A stretch of 64,000 nt of DNA, taken from assembly GCF_009834535.1 (NCBI RefSeq), contig NC_045696.1, positions 50,098,001-50,162,000 on the forward strand, given 5' to 3'. Position numbers and translations under genes: made by a program. This DNA comes from Camelus ferus. Its lineage: Eukaryota. The notes below the pieces were generated by a model. It worked only from the letters and a program-made list of their open reading frames with translations, had not been told where the DNA came from and did no database searches. This document shows positions 25,609 to 39,100 of this stretch, piece after piece (the first letter of the stretch is position 1; every line of letters starts with the position of its first letter).

Positions 25609-26384
25609 TGTGATCTTGTATATATTTCCCTGTGCTATACAGTATAATCTTGTTCATCTATTCTACACAGAAATCTTTCTAAAATGAATCACAAACTTAT
25701 TTTGCCCTCTTCTCAGCCTACAGAACACAATTATACATTTTAATTAATTTATGATCACCATTAGGAGTATTAGTGATTGGCTTAAACTGTAATATGGTGT
25801 TAACTGATGCTTTACTATGCTACATAGGATTATTTTCTGTTACCTTAAATGGTCTGAAAGGAACCTACTTTTCTTTTTGTAGCTACTCTTTTGGGCTTTT
25901 CTAGAATAAGTACATTAACTTGACCCACCTCTTACTCCTTGCTCTGTTTCAAATTTGATTTTATAAACCATGTAATTCCAGCATTTCAATCTGGTCTGTA
26001 AGACTTCCTGGCCTGGGATATCTTCCCTGGAAGTGGATTTAGAGGGTACCATCACAGGAAAGTAACTTCCTACATAATAGCTAAGCACAGCAAAGATAGA
26101 TGAAAAAAGGTGATTCTCTGATGACAGCTGGGGAGGGGAACCAACTTACAAATTCACAATGTCAAACACTATAGAAAAATCTTTCTTTAAATTGATATAT
26201 CACATATTTAGTGAACTATTTATATATTGGTAATAAAGTCATGCTTTAAAAATATTTTATATTAAGCAGGTGTCTCCAAACATGACACTTTGCCCATCTT
26301 TTAAAATCACCAATAGATTTCTGTAGTATCAAATACTGTTGTATTGACATTTTCCAAATATTATGGACTCAGGGAAATTTAATT

Positions 26385-27670
26385 ATGGACTTGGACATCA
26401 AGACGAAAGACTTATCACACGTGCTTATCTCTCCTACCCCCTGAGAATCCCACTGAAATGATAATAAAATAGCTCAAAATGCAAGTAAGCAATAAAAAAG
26501 GAGAAAAGGTGAGCACATGTTAAAAACCAGGGAGTTTTAACAAAATTATGAAAGATGGCCAGTGAACATAGGAGCAAATGATGAAGCAGGATGGAGAAAG
26601 GGTGTCCTAGAACAGATATGGCTCCAGAAGTCAGGAAGGCAATAAATCCTGAGGCAGAACTCTGGGCAACTTTGTGATTTAGACCCACAAGTCGTCTAAC
26701 TGATACTCATAAGTTCAGGCTAAGTACCTGACTATGTTCTCTAATTTTCCAAACCACATGCAGACACGTGGGCAGCCAGTTATTTGCACCCCAGGTGAAA
26801 GAAAAAACAAAACCAAAAACAAAACACAGAATCTTTCCACAAGGAAATTTTAAAAATTATCTGAGATTACTTAAGGCAGAGTATTTGGACATCATTTCCT
26901 CCAGAGAAAGACCTCTCCGTGTGGGCAAAGGGGGTCTGGAAACATCATCAGTCCGCTCTCGTTTCCACAACAAGACTGTGAGTTACTAAGCTCCGCCTAC
27001 ATTCCCAGGGCGGCCAAGAGTCATGAACCACCTCCAGCTATTTCAGGAAGTTTGGAACAAGAAAGATAGATCAAGTTAAAAACAAAAGTAAAACTAACCA
27101 TTTAACTTAGAAGAAAGAGGAGTGATTTAGGAAACAAAAGAAACAAAAACAGACAAAATTCTAGTTAGCAAATTCTGAGAGATTATTATTTACCTAAAAC
27201 GAGCGTGAAGACCATGAAAAAAGAAAAGCCAGTTATCCTGAAAGACCTCTGGGAAATTAAAAGTGTGATCGGCCAACAAAACAAAGAATCAATGAAAAGG
27301 TAGAAAAACAAAACCTAGAATTGCTGAAAAGAAGAAAAATAAAATGGAAAATCTGAGGGAAACATAAAAAAAATTATGAATCAATTCAGGAAGTCCAACA
27401 ACAGACTAAAGGAGTTTTAAAAATGATGACTTAACAGAAAGAAATTATCAAAAGAGGAAATCATCAAAAAGAAATGTAGAAGATAATTTCCCTCACATGA
27501 AGAGCGACATTGAAAGGAACCACTGAACGCTAAGGAAAATAAATGGATTAAAAACCCGCACACGTATTCTCAAAGAAGTTCAGAATGTTAGCGAGAGAAG
27601 GGAGAAAAATGAAACCAAACTACCTATCAATGAATAAGAATCAGAGAGCAGCAGATTTCTCATGTCTCCC
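26385..27670 (+). mobile_element. Ancient L1/HAL1 5' region with decayed ORF1
   Basis: A-rich; ORF1-like motifs ATCAATTCAGGAAGTCCAACA, AGAAGATAATTTCCC, ATTGAAAGGAACCACTGA, AAGAATCAGA..GCAGATTTCTCA. Confidence 0.65.
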
Positions 27671-28805
27671 TAGGATTCTTGAAGCACTTCTAAGTCAAGG
27701 TAGTGCTGGAGTTCAGAATATAATGCAGCTACAGCTGAAGGAAACAAATAAATAAAATTAAATACAGAAGTAAGCCATACAAGATTTCCATGGGGTCAAT
27801 GACAGTAATTCATAATTTTTTATATTAGACTAAAATATCAATAACATTTTAACTCTTTTTAAAAAAATATTTTCAGATGCTCTTAAGTTGGTCTTAGGAC
27901 CAATTCTGTATAGAAAAAGTTAAGTTTATTTTTTTCACTAAACCTCATAATTTTAAGCTTCTTTAAAAAAAAAAAAAGACAAGTAATAGTGTAAGGGGAG
28001 CTACTACACAATTATAATCTTTTAAAATGTTCATTAATTTGAAAAAAAGAATGAATTTATTTTCCTAGAGTCAGCTTTTCATCCTTCGCTTTCTCTGCAT
28101 TTTCTCATTTCTTTCCTTCCACAACTCTGCAAAAGTCATTCAGAGTCTCTTTGTGATCCTTACTCACATTAATGAACTATTTGCTGCAGGGGAAAAAGTA
28201 CCATAGTAAATGACACAGAAGTACCTATTTCTGCGACGGCCACCGTGCCTCTTAACTCCAGCTGGCCTTGACTCTCTTGCCTGTAGTGTGAGATGCATGG
28301 ACGAGATAAATCCAGTTGGTCTTCCAACTTTAACATTCTTTCTCTGGATACAAGCCCTTAAAGGTCAAGGGCCAGTATTTCTGCTGCAGCAGTTTGTTCC
28401 CTCTGGAAAACAGTGTGCTTGTCTTCCATAATTGCCACGTAAAAGCACATTAAGGGGACACTTGTAACTGGCTCAAGAATCACTTCTCATATGGTTGTAA
28501 ATCTGGTTTGCAGGTTTGCATGGTTTTTCACTGTAATTTCAGTATGACTGAATAATTTTCCCCACATATTTGTGTTATAAATGCATCATTTTTGCCTAAG
28601 AGTCTACTCTTCTGCTGGGACATTCATTTACTGACCTGGTCAAACTTGAAAAAGGGTCACTTTTTCTCTCAGCATCTATGGAAAACCTAAAAATATGATC
28701 CCTAATTAATAGGAAGCTACACATTTCTACCAATCTCCAGACTTAGCACTGTTCTAGCACATACTGTTGTGTATCATAACTACCTTTTTCCTGATCTCTC
28801 TTCTA

Positions 28806-28985
28806 TGATTGCCAAATAAAATACAGGACTATCAGTTAAATTTGAATTTCAGATCAACAACAGAAAAGGTTTTAGTATGTACTAAATACTACAAGAACAT
28901 ACTTATACTAAAAATGTATTTATTTATCTGAAATTCAAATTTAACTGGGTGTTCTGCATGCTCATTCGCTAACTAGACAGCCCTA
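28806..28985. mobile_element. MER53 palindromic MITE inserted in an L2 3' end
   Basis: Perfect 22-bp inverted repeat CAGTTAAATTTGAATTTCAGAT (28833-28854) / ATCTGAAATTCAAATTTAACTG (28926-28947) and core ACATACTTATACTAAAA; L2-like flanks. Confidence 0.88.
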
Positions 28986-29894
28986 ATCTTGTCCCATGTA
29001 GATGACAAAATCCTTAAGGGAATTGCTTCCATCTTGTTTGCTTCTGTGTCCCCGTTTCAAGCATAGGATCTCTACACAATGAACACTTGATTTTTGCTGA
29101 ATTAGTTAATAAAACTACAAACTAAAGACAGACAGTATTAGTAAATGTTATTTGTAATTTAGTAGGTGAAAATAAGCCATTCAACTCAGGTAAAGCCAGA
29201 GTACGTTTAGAGTGGACTTGGTCATAGGACGATCACACACATTTTTGAATATTTAAACATAGGTGATAGGAATTACTCTGATGTTTGGTTCGAACTCTTT
29301 AAGAGCCCCTCAACTCCTGATAAAGTGCTAAGAGTAGGAGTGGCTCCAACATACCTAGTATCCCATTTCTAAAAGAGTGAAAATACTGGCTGATACAACA
29401 GAACGGCCACGGAAACTCAATTGAACTGAAAAGTATCTTTAGTAATATTTTCCCTTGACATCTGTGACTAGTAGTCAAGGACATAATTGAGTTAATATAC
29501 AAATAACCAAACTATTTTCCACAGGAAATTTCAAACTAAAAAAAAACAATTTCCGTTCAACAACAAAGGAACATTTTGAAGAGATTTGACCAGGAAGTAC
29601 AAATAATCAGATATGTACATAAAAAATAAAATAAAATAAATTTAAAATTGCCTCTGTGTATCATACTTTATTTTGTTCACTTTCATTTTCTTATTTCTCT
29701 TTTTTTCTCTGACTTTCATTTTAAAATTGAGGAAGTTTGGCTTTTAACTTTTTAATAAACTTCTGCTGATTATCTGCTCTAGATTGGTGTTTTAAGGACT
29801 AAGAATGTCTATAGCTTCTTAGAGAAGATGGTACATTTGATTTTGTCACCAAAGACTAGTGCCCACCTGTTGCTTTCCAGAATATACTCTTACA

Positions 29895-30010
29895 CCAGTC
29901 CCCTCTAAGGCTCAGTTTTCTCAACTGCAAGATGGAGATCAGGATTCTTGTTTACATGGTTGTTGCAACGATCCAAGGAGAACCACTACACACTACAGAT
30001 TATTGGTTTC
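29895..30010 (+). mobile_element. MIR fragment
   Basis: CCCCTCTAAGGCTCAGTTTTCTCAACTGCAAGATGGAGAT. Confidence 0.65.
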
Positions 30011-31132
30011 CATGCATTTTTAGTGTGGCCTTTGCGTGGGGAGAACAAAAGATAGACACACAGACAGTATGGAGAAAATTACTTGGGTTCAACCTGGAAG
30101 CAGCCATGAGACCGTCTGTCTTGTAAATGGCCTGATGTCCCATGATGAAGAATAACTGACCCACTCAATTACATTTAATCCAAATCTACAACCACCTTTT
30201 GAAAGGCCACTGTAAAAGACACTAGAAATACTGAGATAAAAGATATGTGGTTCATGCCCCAAAGGACGTGAGCCATAAATATCCTTGGAGATCTGTGTAT
30301 TCACTAGCTTTATTTCTCCAAGAAATGTTTGTTGAATTTGTTCAGTTGACAGAACCTGTGCTAAGTACCGTGACAAAAACAAAGAACAGGGCACGCTTCA
30401 TTCTTGGCAATCTTGTGGTGTATAGCAAAACAAAACACTTTCTCAGCCTCTTCCTCTACAATGAAGGCCTAAACTTCACCAGCCACTTGTTCTTCAGTTG
30501 CTCTCAATTGGGTGTGCAGACCAACCACTTATTTAAAAAGACTATTTTTTTAATGCACATATGTGTGTGTATATGTGTACATATGTACACATGCATGTAT
30601 ATACTATGTGCAGACTGGTTGATCACCACTTTGTTTCTAAATGCAAAACAAACCTTCTGTTAAAAAAATTATTTCAGGGTTTTGCCAAAGATCCATGCTA
30701 AGCAGCAAAGCTTTCATGTGTGCTTTGAGTCCCTGCTCTTTTTAAGATAAATTGTTTTTCCCCTTCGTTCTTTTCCCCTTGCCAAAAGAATGCGCTACTC
30801 TTTCCACTCCTTGTCATGGTTTATTGTGTATTAAGCTGCTGTTGGGGATTCTTAGAATTCTGAACGCTCACAACGTGCATTATTTCTAATGTAATTGAAA
30901 AGAAACATGGCCTGGATATATCAATATTATTACACTTTTCAAGTAGTGTCAGTTGATGTGAGCATTTTCAAAGCCTTGTTATTTAATATGGATAAGTTGG
31001 ATACTTCTAGGACAAAAACTATAGACTCTGGAAAAATGTTTTCTTAATGTTCAGGACAAATGGAAGCATATGTCTATATCTACATAAGCCATAGAATATA
31101 TACCTACACACATATATACACTTTATCCTTCT

Positions 31133-31134
<2 letters not shown>

Positions 31135-31170
<36 letters not shown>
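31135..31170. repeat. (GT)18 microsatellite
   Basis: Perfect dinucleotide run, counted directly. Confidence 0.97.
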
Positions 31171-31174
<4 letters not shown>

Positions 31175-31210
31175 ATATATCTCTCTATGGGGGTGGGGGC
31201 ACATGTGTAT

Positions 31211-31697
31211 AGTGGTAGTCTAAAAATGGCCCCCAAAGATATCAGGTACTAATTCCTAGAACCTGTAAATATTACTTTATTTATTTGGAAAAATAATCTT
31301 TGTCCATGTGATTAAGGATCTTGAGATAGGGATATTAGTCTGTGTTATCCAGGTAGACCCTAAATGCAATCCCATATGTCTGTATAAGAGGGAGGCAAAA
31401 GTAGATTTGACACAGATGGAAGGGGAAGAGGCAATGTGGACCATGGAGGCAGAGACTGAAGTGATACAGCCCCAAGCCAAGGGTTGCAGGGAGCCAAAAG
31501 AATCCAGAAGAGGCAAGACCCAAGTGGCCCCCAGGGCTTCGGTGGAGGGGGGAGCACAGCTTTTCTGTCACCTTGATATTAACCCACTAAAGTCAATTTC
31601 AGACCTTTGAACTCCAGAACTGTGAAAGTATAAATTTCTATTGTTTTAAGCCACCAGATTTGTGGTCATTTGTTACAGCAGCAATGGGAAACATACA
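31211..31697 (+). mobile_element. MaLR solo LTR (MLT1D-like)
   Basis: AATGGCCCCCAAAGATATC..CTAATTCCTAGAACCTGT..TTGTTTTAAGCCACCAGATTTGTGGTCATTTGTTACAGCAGCAATGGGAAAC. Confidence 0.9.
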
Positions 31698-32398
31698 AAT
31701 ACACACACACACACACAAGCCCCATAGAGTATGTGTATAAATGTGTGAGCAAAACCATCATTGCACTTGAAAAGAAGAAAAAGGCACCATCTGTATGGGA
31801 ACCAGAACTTGAGAGGAATCTCTAAAAGACAAAAGGTATATAGATTGAACTGATTAGAAGCCACAATTAACTATGCTTAATTAAACAATTGAACAGATGG
31901 AATTTGGTACCAAGAAACTCCATACCTGGAGAATGATGGGTGTCAGAGGCAATAAACATGGTGGCTGGGAGGAGCAGCCGAGCTGACCCACCCTGCCCTG
32001 CTGACTCGTCACATGATGGGAGTGGTTGCTTGCAACAGGGAGGTAGGAGAACGATTCAATAGAGAGCATGGACAAGGGAAATGTGCATGGGACTGTGATA
32101 CCTGGGAGGAAGGGTGAGCACCCACACTCAGGAAGAACAGGCGCCCAGGGGCCGTCCTGTCATGCCATGCTTTCCTCATCACTTCCAGTGAAATGGTGTC
32201 CTGGCAGGCTGCACGAACACTGACAGTCAGATAACCAAAAATAAAATTCCACTATAAAGAAGAGTAAACAATCTGGAATAATAAGATATATGAGGAAGCC
32301 GAAACATAAGAGAGAGAGAGAGATGAATGAATGGAAGACCTCAATGAATGGAAGAACTTACGATGGAGAAACAGATAATAGAGCAAGCTAAATAGAGC

Positions 32399-32399
<1 letters not shown>

Positions 32400-32490
<91 letters not shown>

Positions 32491-32491
32491 T
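32400..32491. repeat. (CTTT)23 tetranucleotide microsatellite
   Basis: Perfect 92-bp run, counted directly. Confidence 0.97.
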
Positions 32492-33689
32492 GGAAGCATA
32501 ATTAGTATCCTTAAGAGAGATGAAAAAATCTATTGCAGACATAAACATTGTCAACCTCCCTCATAGAGTCCAGGCCTGCCCCACCACCAGGAGTATGAAA
32601 GCAGATTAGAACGAGCCTGTTTGCAGCCAGGCAGATCCAAAGTGAGAGCCAACCCAGAAATCCAATTCCTTCTCACAAATTCACCAGGTAGATACACCAC
32701 CCTTCTTCTCGTAGGAAGGTATGAGTGAGGAAAAGAGGTCAAGAATTACAAGTGTTTGTATATAATGCTGTCTGTTGAATGGAGTAAAAATTCATTTCTA
32801 TTTTCATAAATATGAGAATCAGAGATTGTATTCCCATTAGATATGAATCTGTCCAAAACGAGTTCTTATAATACTGTGCATATGCATGACATTTTACAGT
32901 TTACAAAGGATTTTTTTCATAATTATCTCATGTGGCCCTTACGAGGTTCTTCTGGAATGTAGCAAGTTGGAGGCTCAAAACAGGAACTGTATAAGTAACC
33001 ATGAGTCTTGTAACTCTAAGATCTGCACATAGATTTCCATGATGACCCAACTGTCAAAAGATTTAAGATTAAATAAATGTCACAGTGATCATAACATTTC
33101 AGACCAATTTTTACTTTCGTTTAGGACAATATGGTCCAAAAATAAAAAGAGGCACAAAAAATAGATGATGAAAAATAAGTGAAATCAGATAGACACAAAT
33201 AACCAAATGAATCATCTCCATCCTTGACATCCTCCTCTCCCATTAGCATCAACACTCACCCTGGTCAGAACCTGGAAGTCATTTCTCCCTCTTCCTAACC
33301 TTTTTTGACCAAATTCTACTCTACAGATACAATGACATTCAAAAATATAAATCTAATCACCACCCTCCTCACCCGCCATGGAAGATGCTGTTAATGAGGT
33401 AATCCTACAGCCGTTTTCAACTCCCTTTTTCCTCAACACTCCCAACTAAACAGGCAATTGAGTTCCCACAACTCTCTTGCACCTAGGAACAGACACAGTG
33501 CTTATTTGTGGCACCAGCTATGAAGAATTCTGAGTGGCTTCTGGGAAAACTTTACTTTTTTAGTAAAAGGAATCTATGCATTGACTCCTCCCAACACCAG
33601 CCAGTACTCTGAGAGACATAGCTAAGAGTATTATTTTATTACTCTGAAATACTCCAATGGAAATAGCATGATAGCACTCATTCCTGGTA

Positions 33690-35262
33690 TTTAAACCCTT
33701 TGACTACCTTCAACCATTCCCCAACCCCACACCCTTGGCCCTGGCAGCTACCAATCTGCTCTCAGTTTCTATGAGTTTGTTCTGTTTGTTTGTTTTTTAG
33801 GTGCCACACACAAGTGAGATCATACAGCATTTGTCTTTCTTTGTCTGATTTATTTCACTTAGCATAATGCCCTCGAGTTTCACCCATATTGCTGCAAATG
33901 GCAAGATTTCCTTCTTTTATGGCTGAATAATATTCCATTGTATATGTATACCATATCATCTTTAACCATTTATCCATTGGTGGAAACTTAAGTTGTTTTG
34001 TGTCCTGGCTATTATAAATAATGGTGCAATTTGAGCTTTGAGATACTGACTGGATTTCCTTCAGATATATATCCAAAAGTAAAATTGCTGTATCATATGC
34101 TAGTTCTATTTTTTTAATTTTTGAAGGAAATCCCACAATGTTTTCCACAAGGGCTGTACCAGTTTATGTCCCCACCAACAGTGCACAAGAGTTTCCTTTT
34201 CTCCACTCCCATGTCAACACCTGTTACTCTTGTCTCTCTAATAATAGACATTCTGCTTGTGGTTTTGATTTGCATTTCTCTGATGATCAGTAATACTGGG
34301 CACCTTTTTTGTGTACTAGTTGGCCATTTGTTTATCTTCTTTGGAAAAAAATGTCTATTCAGGTCCTTTGCCCATTTTAAAACCCTGATTGTTTTTTGCT
34401 ACTAAGTTATATGAGTTTCTTTTATAGTTTAGATACATGGGTCACTGTTCAGGCTCCCTTGCTGTGCAGAGCCAGTGGCTGCCCTTAACAGCGGGGCAGT
34501 AGTGTTGGCCGGGATCCCTGCCTGAGAACAGCTGTAGGATGGGCTCTGCAGCTGCCCAGATTCTTTAGTCAGGCTTCCTGGTCACGTGGGACTAGAGGCT
34601 ATAGTCAGCAGTTGGGCAGGGCTGAAAATTGGCTTCCCTGCCTGGGCAGGGCCATAGAATGAGCTCCATTGCCCATATGGCTTATTGGTGGGGACCTGGA
34701 TTAGACAGAACTGCCTACCAAGCTCCCTGGCTAGACAGTATTGCTGGCTCAGCTCTGCAGATGGGCAGAGCCACTGGCCAGGATCTCTGCTTGAGCACCA
34801 CTGCAAGTAAGGATGTGATTTCCCCAAATCCGAGCACTGGTTGCTATAAACCTCATCCTTCTTTTCTATCTCTATCTGATCCCCGGTGAGTAAGCCCCAT
34901 TGATTCCTCTACTGATCTCTGTGGGGTGAAATCTGAGTGGGTGTCCCAGGAAGTGTCCCATAAGACAGGGGGAGCTATACAACCTGGGCTCTCTTTTTCC
35001 TACTGGAGAAACCATAGGCCCAGGGGGCCCCTCTCCATGTACCTCGATGACAGCCTGAGGGAGGGAAGACGTGGTCAGAGTGTAGCCACTCCTCTTATCC
35101 ATCTAACGTGGTCCTCCAAGGTCTCTGTGATTCAGGGGGTGCTTCAGCCTCACCCCTATGTTGTGGAATTTTCTCTTAGTATCTTGTCTATGGATAGTTG
35201 CTAGCTGGTCTTCTTGTGAGGGGGATTGGAGTCAAGAACAACCTATGCCACCAGCCTCTTAA
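33690..35262 (-). mobile_element. Internally deleted LINE-1: ~820 bp 5'UTR joined to ORF2 C-terminus and part of the 3'UTR
   Basis: 33690-34437 is the ORF2 end/3'UTR (ORF 33855..34148: IELAYDTAILLLDIY..MEYYSAIK). 34438-35262 is GC-rich and begins on the minus strand GGTGGCATAGGTTGTTCTTGACTCC..CCCCTCACAAGAAGA, like an L1MA-type 5' end. Confidence 0.75.
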
Positions 35263-37595
35263 CTTACGTTCCCAACGTCATAGTATGTAAAAGATAAAGA
35301 AATATAAAATTAGCCTCGCTGCTCAGAAATGGAATCACATTTACAGTTAGCCCAAATTTTGTTATATAGGGTGAAGTTATGACCTACCCAAAAGTATACC
35401 TTTGGGAATACATACTGTCAAAATTAATAGCATAATGTTGTTCATTTATATCACCTTTCCTGGACACACGTACCTTTGAACCCAGATAAGCAAAATAGAA
35501 GAATTTTGTGAGATGCGAAATTTATATTCTCCCCCTACCCATTATTCCCATCTTCAGATCTTAGAAATAGTTTCAGTAGAGTCCTCATTCTACTCCCCCT
35601 CATAGTCAATCATTTGAATAACTAATCCAACCCTTAAAATTTATTTCCAACAGCTTTTGAGAAACAAGGGTTTCAAATTCCATTCTAATTTTTCAATAAA
35701 ACTACTGTTCTAAGAATGAACAGGAATAGCCATAAAATATTATTTTTCTTTGTTCATTTCTGTACATTGGTAGAAGGCAAACACATACCTTAATCAGAAG
35801 AACTACATCCAACTGAGCCAAATTGATAGATAATTTGCTCTTCGAGACCTTTAATTATATTCTCCAAAGTTGCTTCTGTTACAGGATAAGCAGACCCACT
35901 ATAGTGCAGACTCAATCCCATTTAAAACCCACGCACAGCTCCCTGGGGCTACCAGCAATGGTAGAATGCAGTCCATTTGCCAGCTGTGCACAGGCCCTTG
36001 CCCTCGGGCAGTCTTACCTGGGCCATTTCAAAGAATTTCTTTCTTGTAGACAAGGTAAAGTTTCTTACCACCTCAGTGAGCAGACATAAAGGGCATCTGT
36101 AAGTGCATCAATGCATGACCTGCGTTCCTTCGTGCCCATTCATTTCAAAGTAGCTTCTAACTAGTGATGTGATTAAGGCAACCACCTTTGTCTTCCAATT
36201 CCCTTCTGAGCAAGCAACTTCACTTTTAACTTTTCCTCCAAATTTCTACAGGGAATTTGAAAACTGAGTTTCTCATACAGGATTTTCCTTATGTTCAGTC
36301 GTCTAGGTCTCATTTGCCTTGACCATGTAGCAAGGCTACTAGCTGCAGGCACAGAGTTTGTAAGTATCCAAACAACTGTCTATGGCTGGAGTTTAACTAC
36401 ACTTCTGATGTTAAATAGACAATCCCCAGCTCTGTTCATTGTGCAGATTTGTGTTGCATTCTTTCCTTAAGGCTTATTCTCTTCAGGGTTCTGCCTTGAT
36501 TTCCACACAGCAACATGACTCTCAAGCCAGGAATGCCAATCAGTTAAAAGTGAACATTGCCAATTAATCAGGCCTTGCTTCACCTGAGAGAAAATCCTAA
36601 GGTTCAGACAGCAATGGGGCTGGGGAGGTCCTCAGAGGCCTCTATTAATGTTCTTACAGACAATAAATCAACTCACCCCTACATGTATTGAACACCTCCA
36701 GACACCCCCTTCTGCATGCTCTAGAATACACCACTTCAACTTTATGAAAGAGTCTGCTGGACTTGTTTTTTCCTTCTGGACAGTCTCTCTGGTATCACCT
36801 ATGACATGATCCTTATTACTGGTCTCAAATTAGTTGATGCCTTTCTATGCTGAGAGCAGTTTGAACAAGGTCAAGTAACAAGCTATCTATTATTTTTCAA
36901 ATGGGCAGTTTCTGAGTCTAAAACTTGAGAGGTACCCACTGAGTAATGTACTTGATTTTTGTCAAAAGCACCAATCATGCATATGTTGTGGTTGTAGATA
37001 CTTCTAATATCATCTGAGCAGTTGGTTCCAAGAGTTGAATGAGACTACCTGTGATACAGCCCTTTGTAAAATTTTAAACACTTATTTCTGCTCAGAAACT
37101 CATTGAAATTCAGATTTCTTTTGGTGATTTATGAATTAGGTCCAACAAAATTTCTAGAAGAGGAATATGATTTTTGTCCAAACCTGAGTAGCCATTCCTG
37201 CTTGCCTCTGATATTCTTGTTTATTGACGGAATCACCGAGTGACAATCTATTTCTCAGAGTTGGAGGAATGTTTCTAAGTTGCTCCAGCCCACATAGTTC
37301 CCAGATCGGGCTGGGCCTTACATTTTGGCTGCAGTTATCAGCCGCCATTTACTTACCATAATGGTGACCACAGCCAGCAGGGCCTCCCGAGCATCCTCTA
37401 AGGAGGCAGTTCTCATGATATCGAGTGTGGTACTCTAACTTGCTTTTAATGGTTACCAAGTCTAATCTCATTTTATTAGATTATGACAATATGTAAACAA
37501 ATTTAAATATCTCTGTGCCAAAACGCTGAATGACTACTGGGTTTCATTCCATGAGAATTCCACACTGCTTGGCTGGAATCAGAAATTGAGGTTGA

Positions 37596-37901
37596 GAAAT
37601 AGACTTATGGACATAGAAAACAAACTGTGGTTACCACGGAGGAAAGGCAGGGAGGGATAGATTGGGAGTTTGGGATTGATGGATACACATTACTATATGT
37701 GATGTGGATGAGCAGCAAGGACCTACTATAGACCACAGGGAACTATATTCAATTTCTTGTTAATGAGCTGTAATGTAAAAGAAACTGAAAAATATATATA
37801 TGCATGTGTGTGTATATGTGTAACTGAATTGCTTTGCTATACCTGAAACTAACATTGTAAATCAACTACACTTCAATAAAAAATAAGAATTAAAAAAAAA
37901 A
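37596..37901 (+). mobile_element. Short 5'-truncated LINE-1 (3'UTR + polyA) with 15-bp TSD
   Basis: GACCTACTATAGACCACAGGGAACTATATTCAAT..TTCAATAAA + A tail. TSD AGAAATTGAG(G/T)TTGA at 37581-37595 and 37902-37916, one mismatch. Confidence 0.92.
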
Positions 37902-38639
37902 AGAAATTGAGTTTGAAAAGAAATCATTAAGTCCCAAAGTGACACACCAGTCTGCTTTAGCCTTTCTAGTAGTCTTTACTATATCAGACATTGCTAAAGC
38001 TATCAGACAATCTAGTTTTTAAAATACTTCACTGTCTACTATTAACCTGCAGGAACCATCTGCCTTATGCACTAGAGTTAGACAGGGCTGTTAAGGGAGC
38101 TAATAGAAATCAAAATTCCCACCTCAATTATTTTCTTTATCAGAGGCATTATCTCTTAATGCTTCCTGGAATTCTATGTTGCTTAATGTTTACCAGGAAG
38201 GAGGGCTAAGATAAATCCAACAGTTTCCATGCAGCATGGCCAACTAAAACTGGGCAAAGGGCACTATGCTTGATTCATATATAGTATCATCCCAGTGAAA
38301 TGCTCAGGTTAAGGTGATACCACCAAATAATCTCTCCAGTCACACTTTCCAATGTGCAGCTTCACCCCTGCCCTGGTTCCCTCCATCTGTGGTGCCTTCA
38401 CACCCTCCCAGTTTCCCTTCAGGCCTTTTAGTGCACCTTCTCTGTCTGCCGTGACTGTCAGGGGTTTTATCCTGCCTACTGTCTTTCTTTCTTAGGGATC
38501 CACCAGTAGGAAGAGAATATGGATTGTAGGTCTACTGCTTAATCATTTTCTTCCTAAACTGAAAACAAGCATGAGCTATTCTTCCCCCTCAGCCTGCTTC
38601 TCTGAGACAAACAAAACCCATAACCACCAGTAATGAGAT

Positions 38640-39100
38640 TAACCGGGTTGGGTCAGACTTCCTAGGAGTGGGGCCTAGGAGAGGGATTCCTACACACAAG
38701 AGTTCTTGAGGGAGGACTCCTCAGACTGAATCCCTAAGAGGAGCATGAAGCAGAAGAGGGAAGTGAAATGCAGTAAACAGGACCTCATGTGGTTGAATCT
38801 CTGGGAGTGGGAGGTGCACAGGAGCATAAACTGCACCACAGAGTCGTTCCCCTTTGAGGTGAGGGGTTGGTCTCTCATACCTAGCATCAACTAGCCAGTC
38901 CGTCATTGGCCATAGGCTGTGGTGGGGGGGGGGGGGGTTGTAGTTCCCCCAGCAGGTGACAGCCGTCACCTGAGGGCAATTCTCCAAGGAAGTGAGCAGA
39001 TAGGCAGCTGTGAGCCGTTAGCAGTCTGCACTTAAAACAGCCTGGGGATGTAACTGCTGGTAAAGGCCATTTGGGAGGGGTGGCAACACCCTCTCTACTC
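38640..39100 (-). mobile_element. ERVL LTR (LTR16-like), contains a G14 run
   Basis: GGAGCATAAACTGCACCACAGAGT..GTCATTGGC..GAGGGCAATTCTCC..GCAGCTGTGAGCCGTTAGCAG. Confidence 0.75.

Noticed and set aside
32252..32554. ORF with KERK repeats
   Set aside because: Translation of the (CTTT)23 microsatellite
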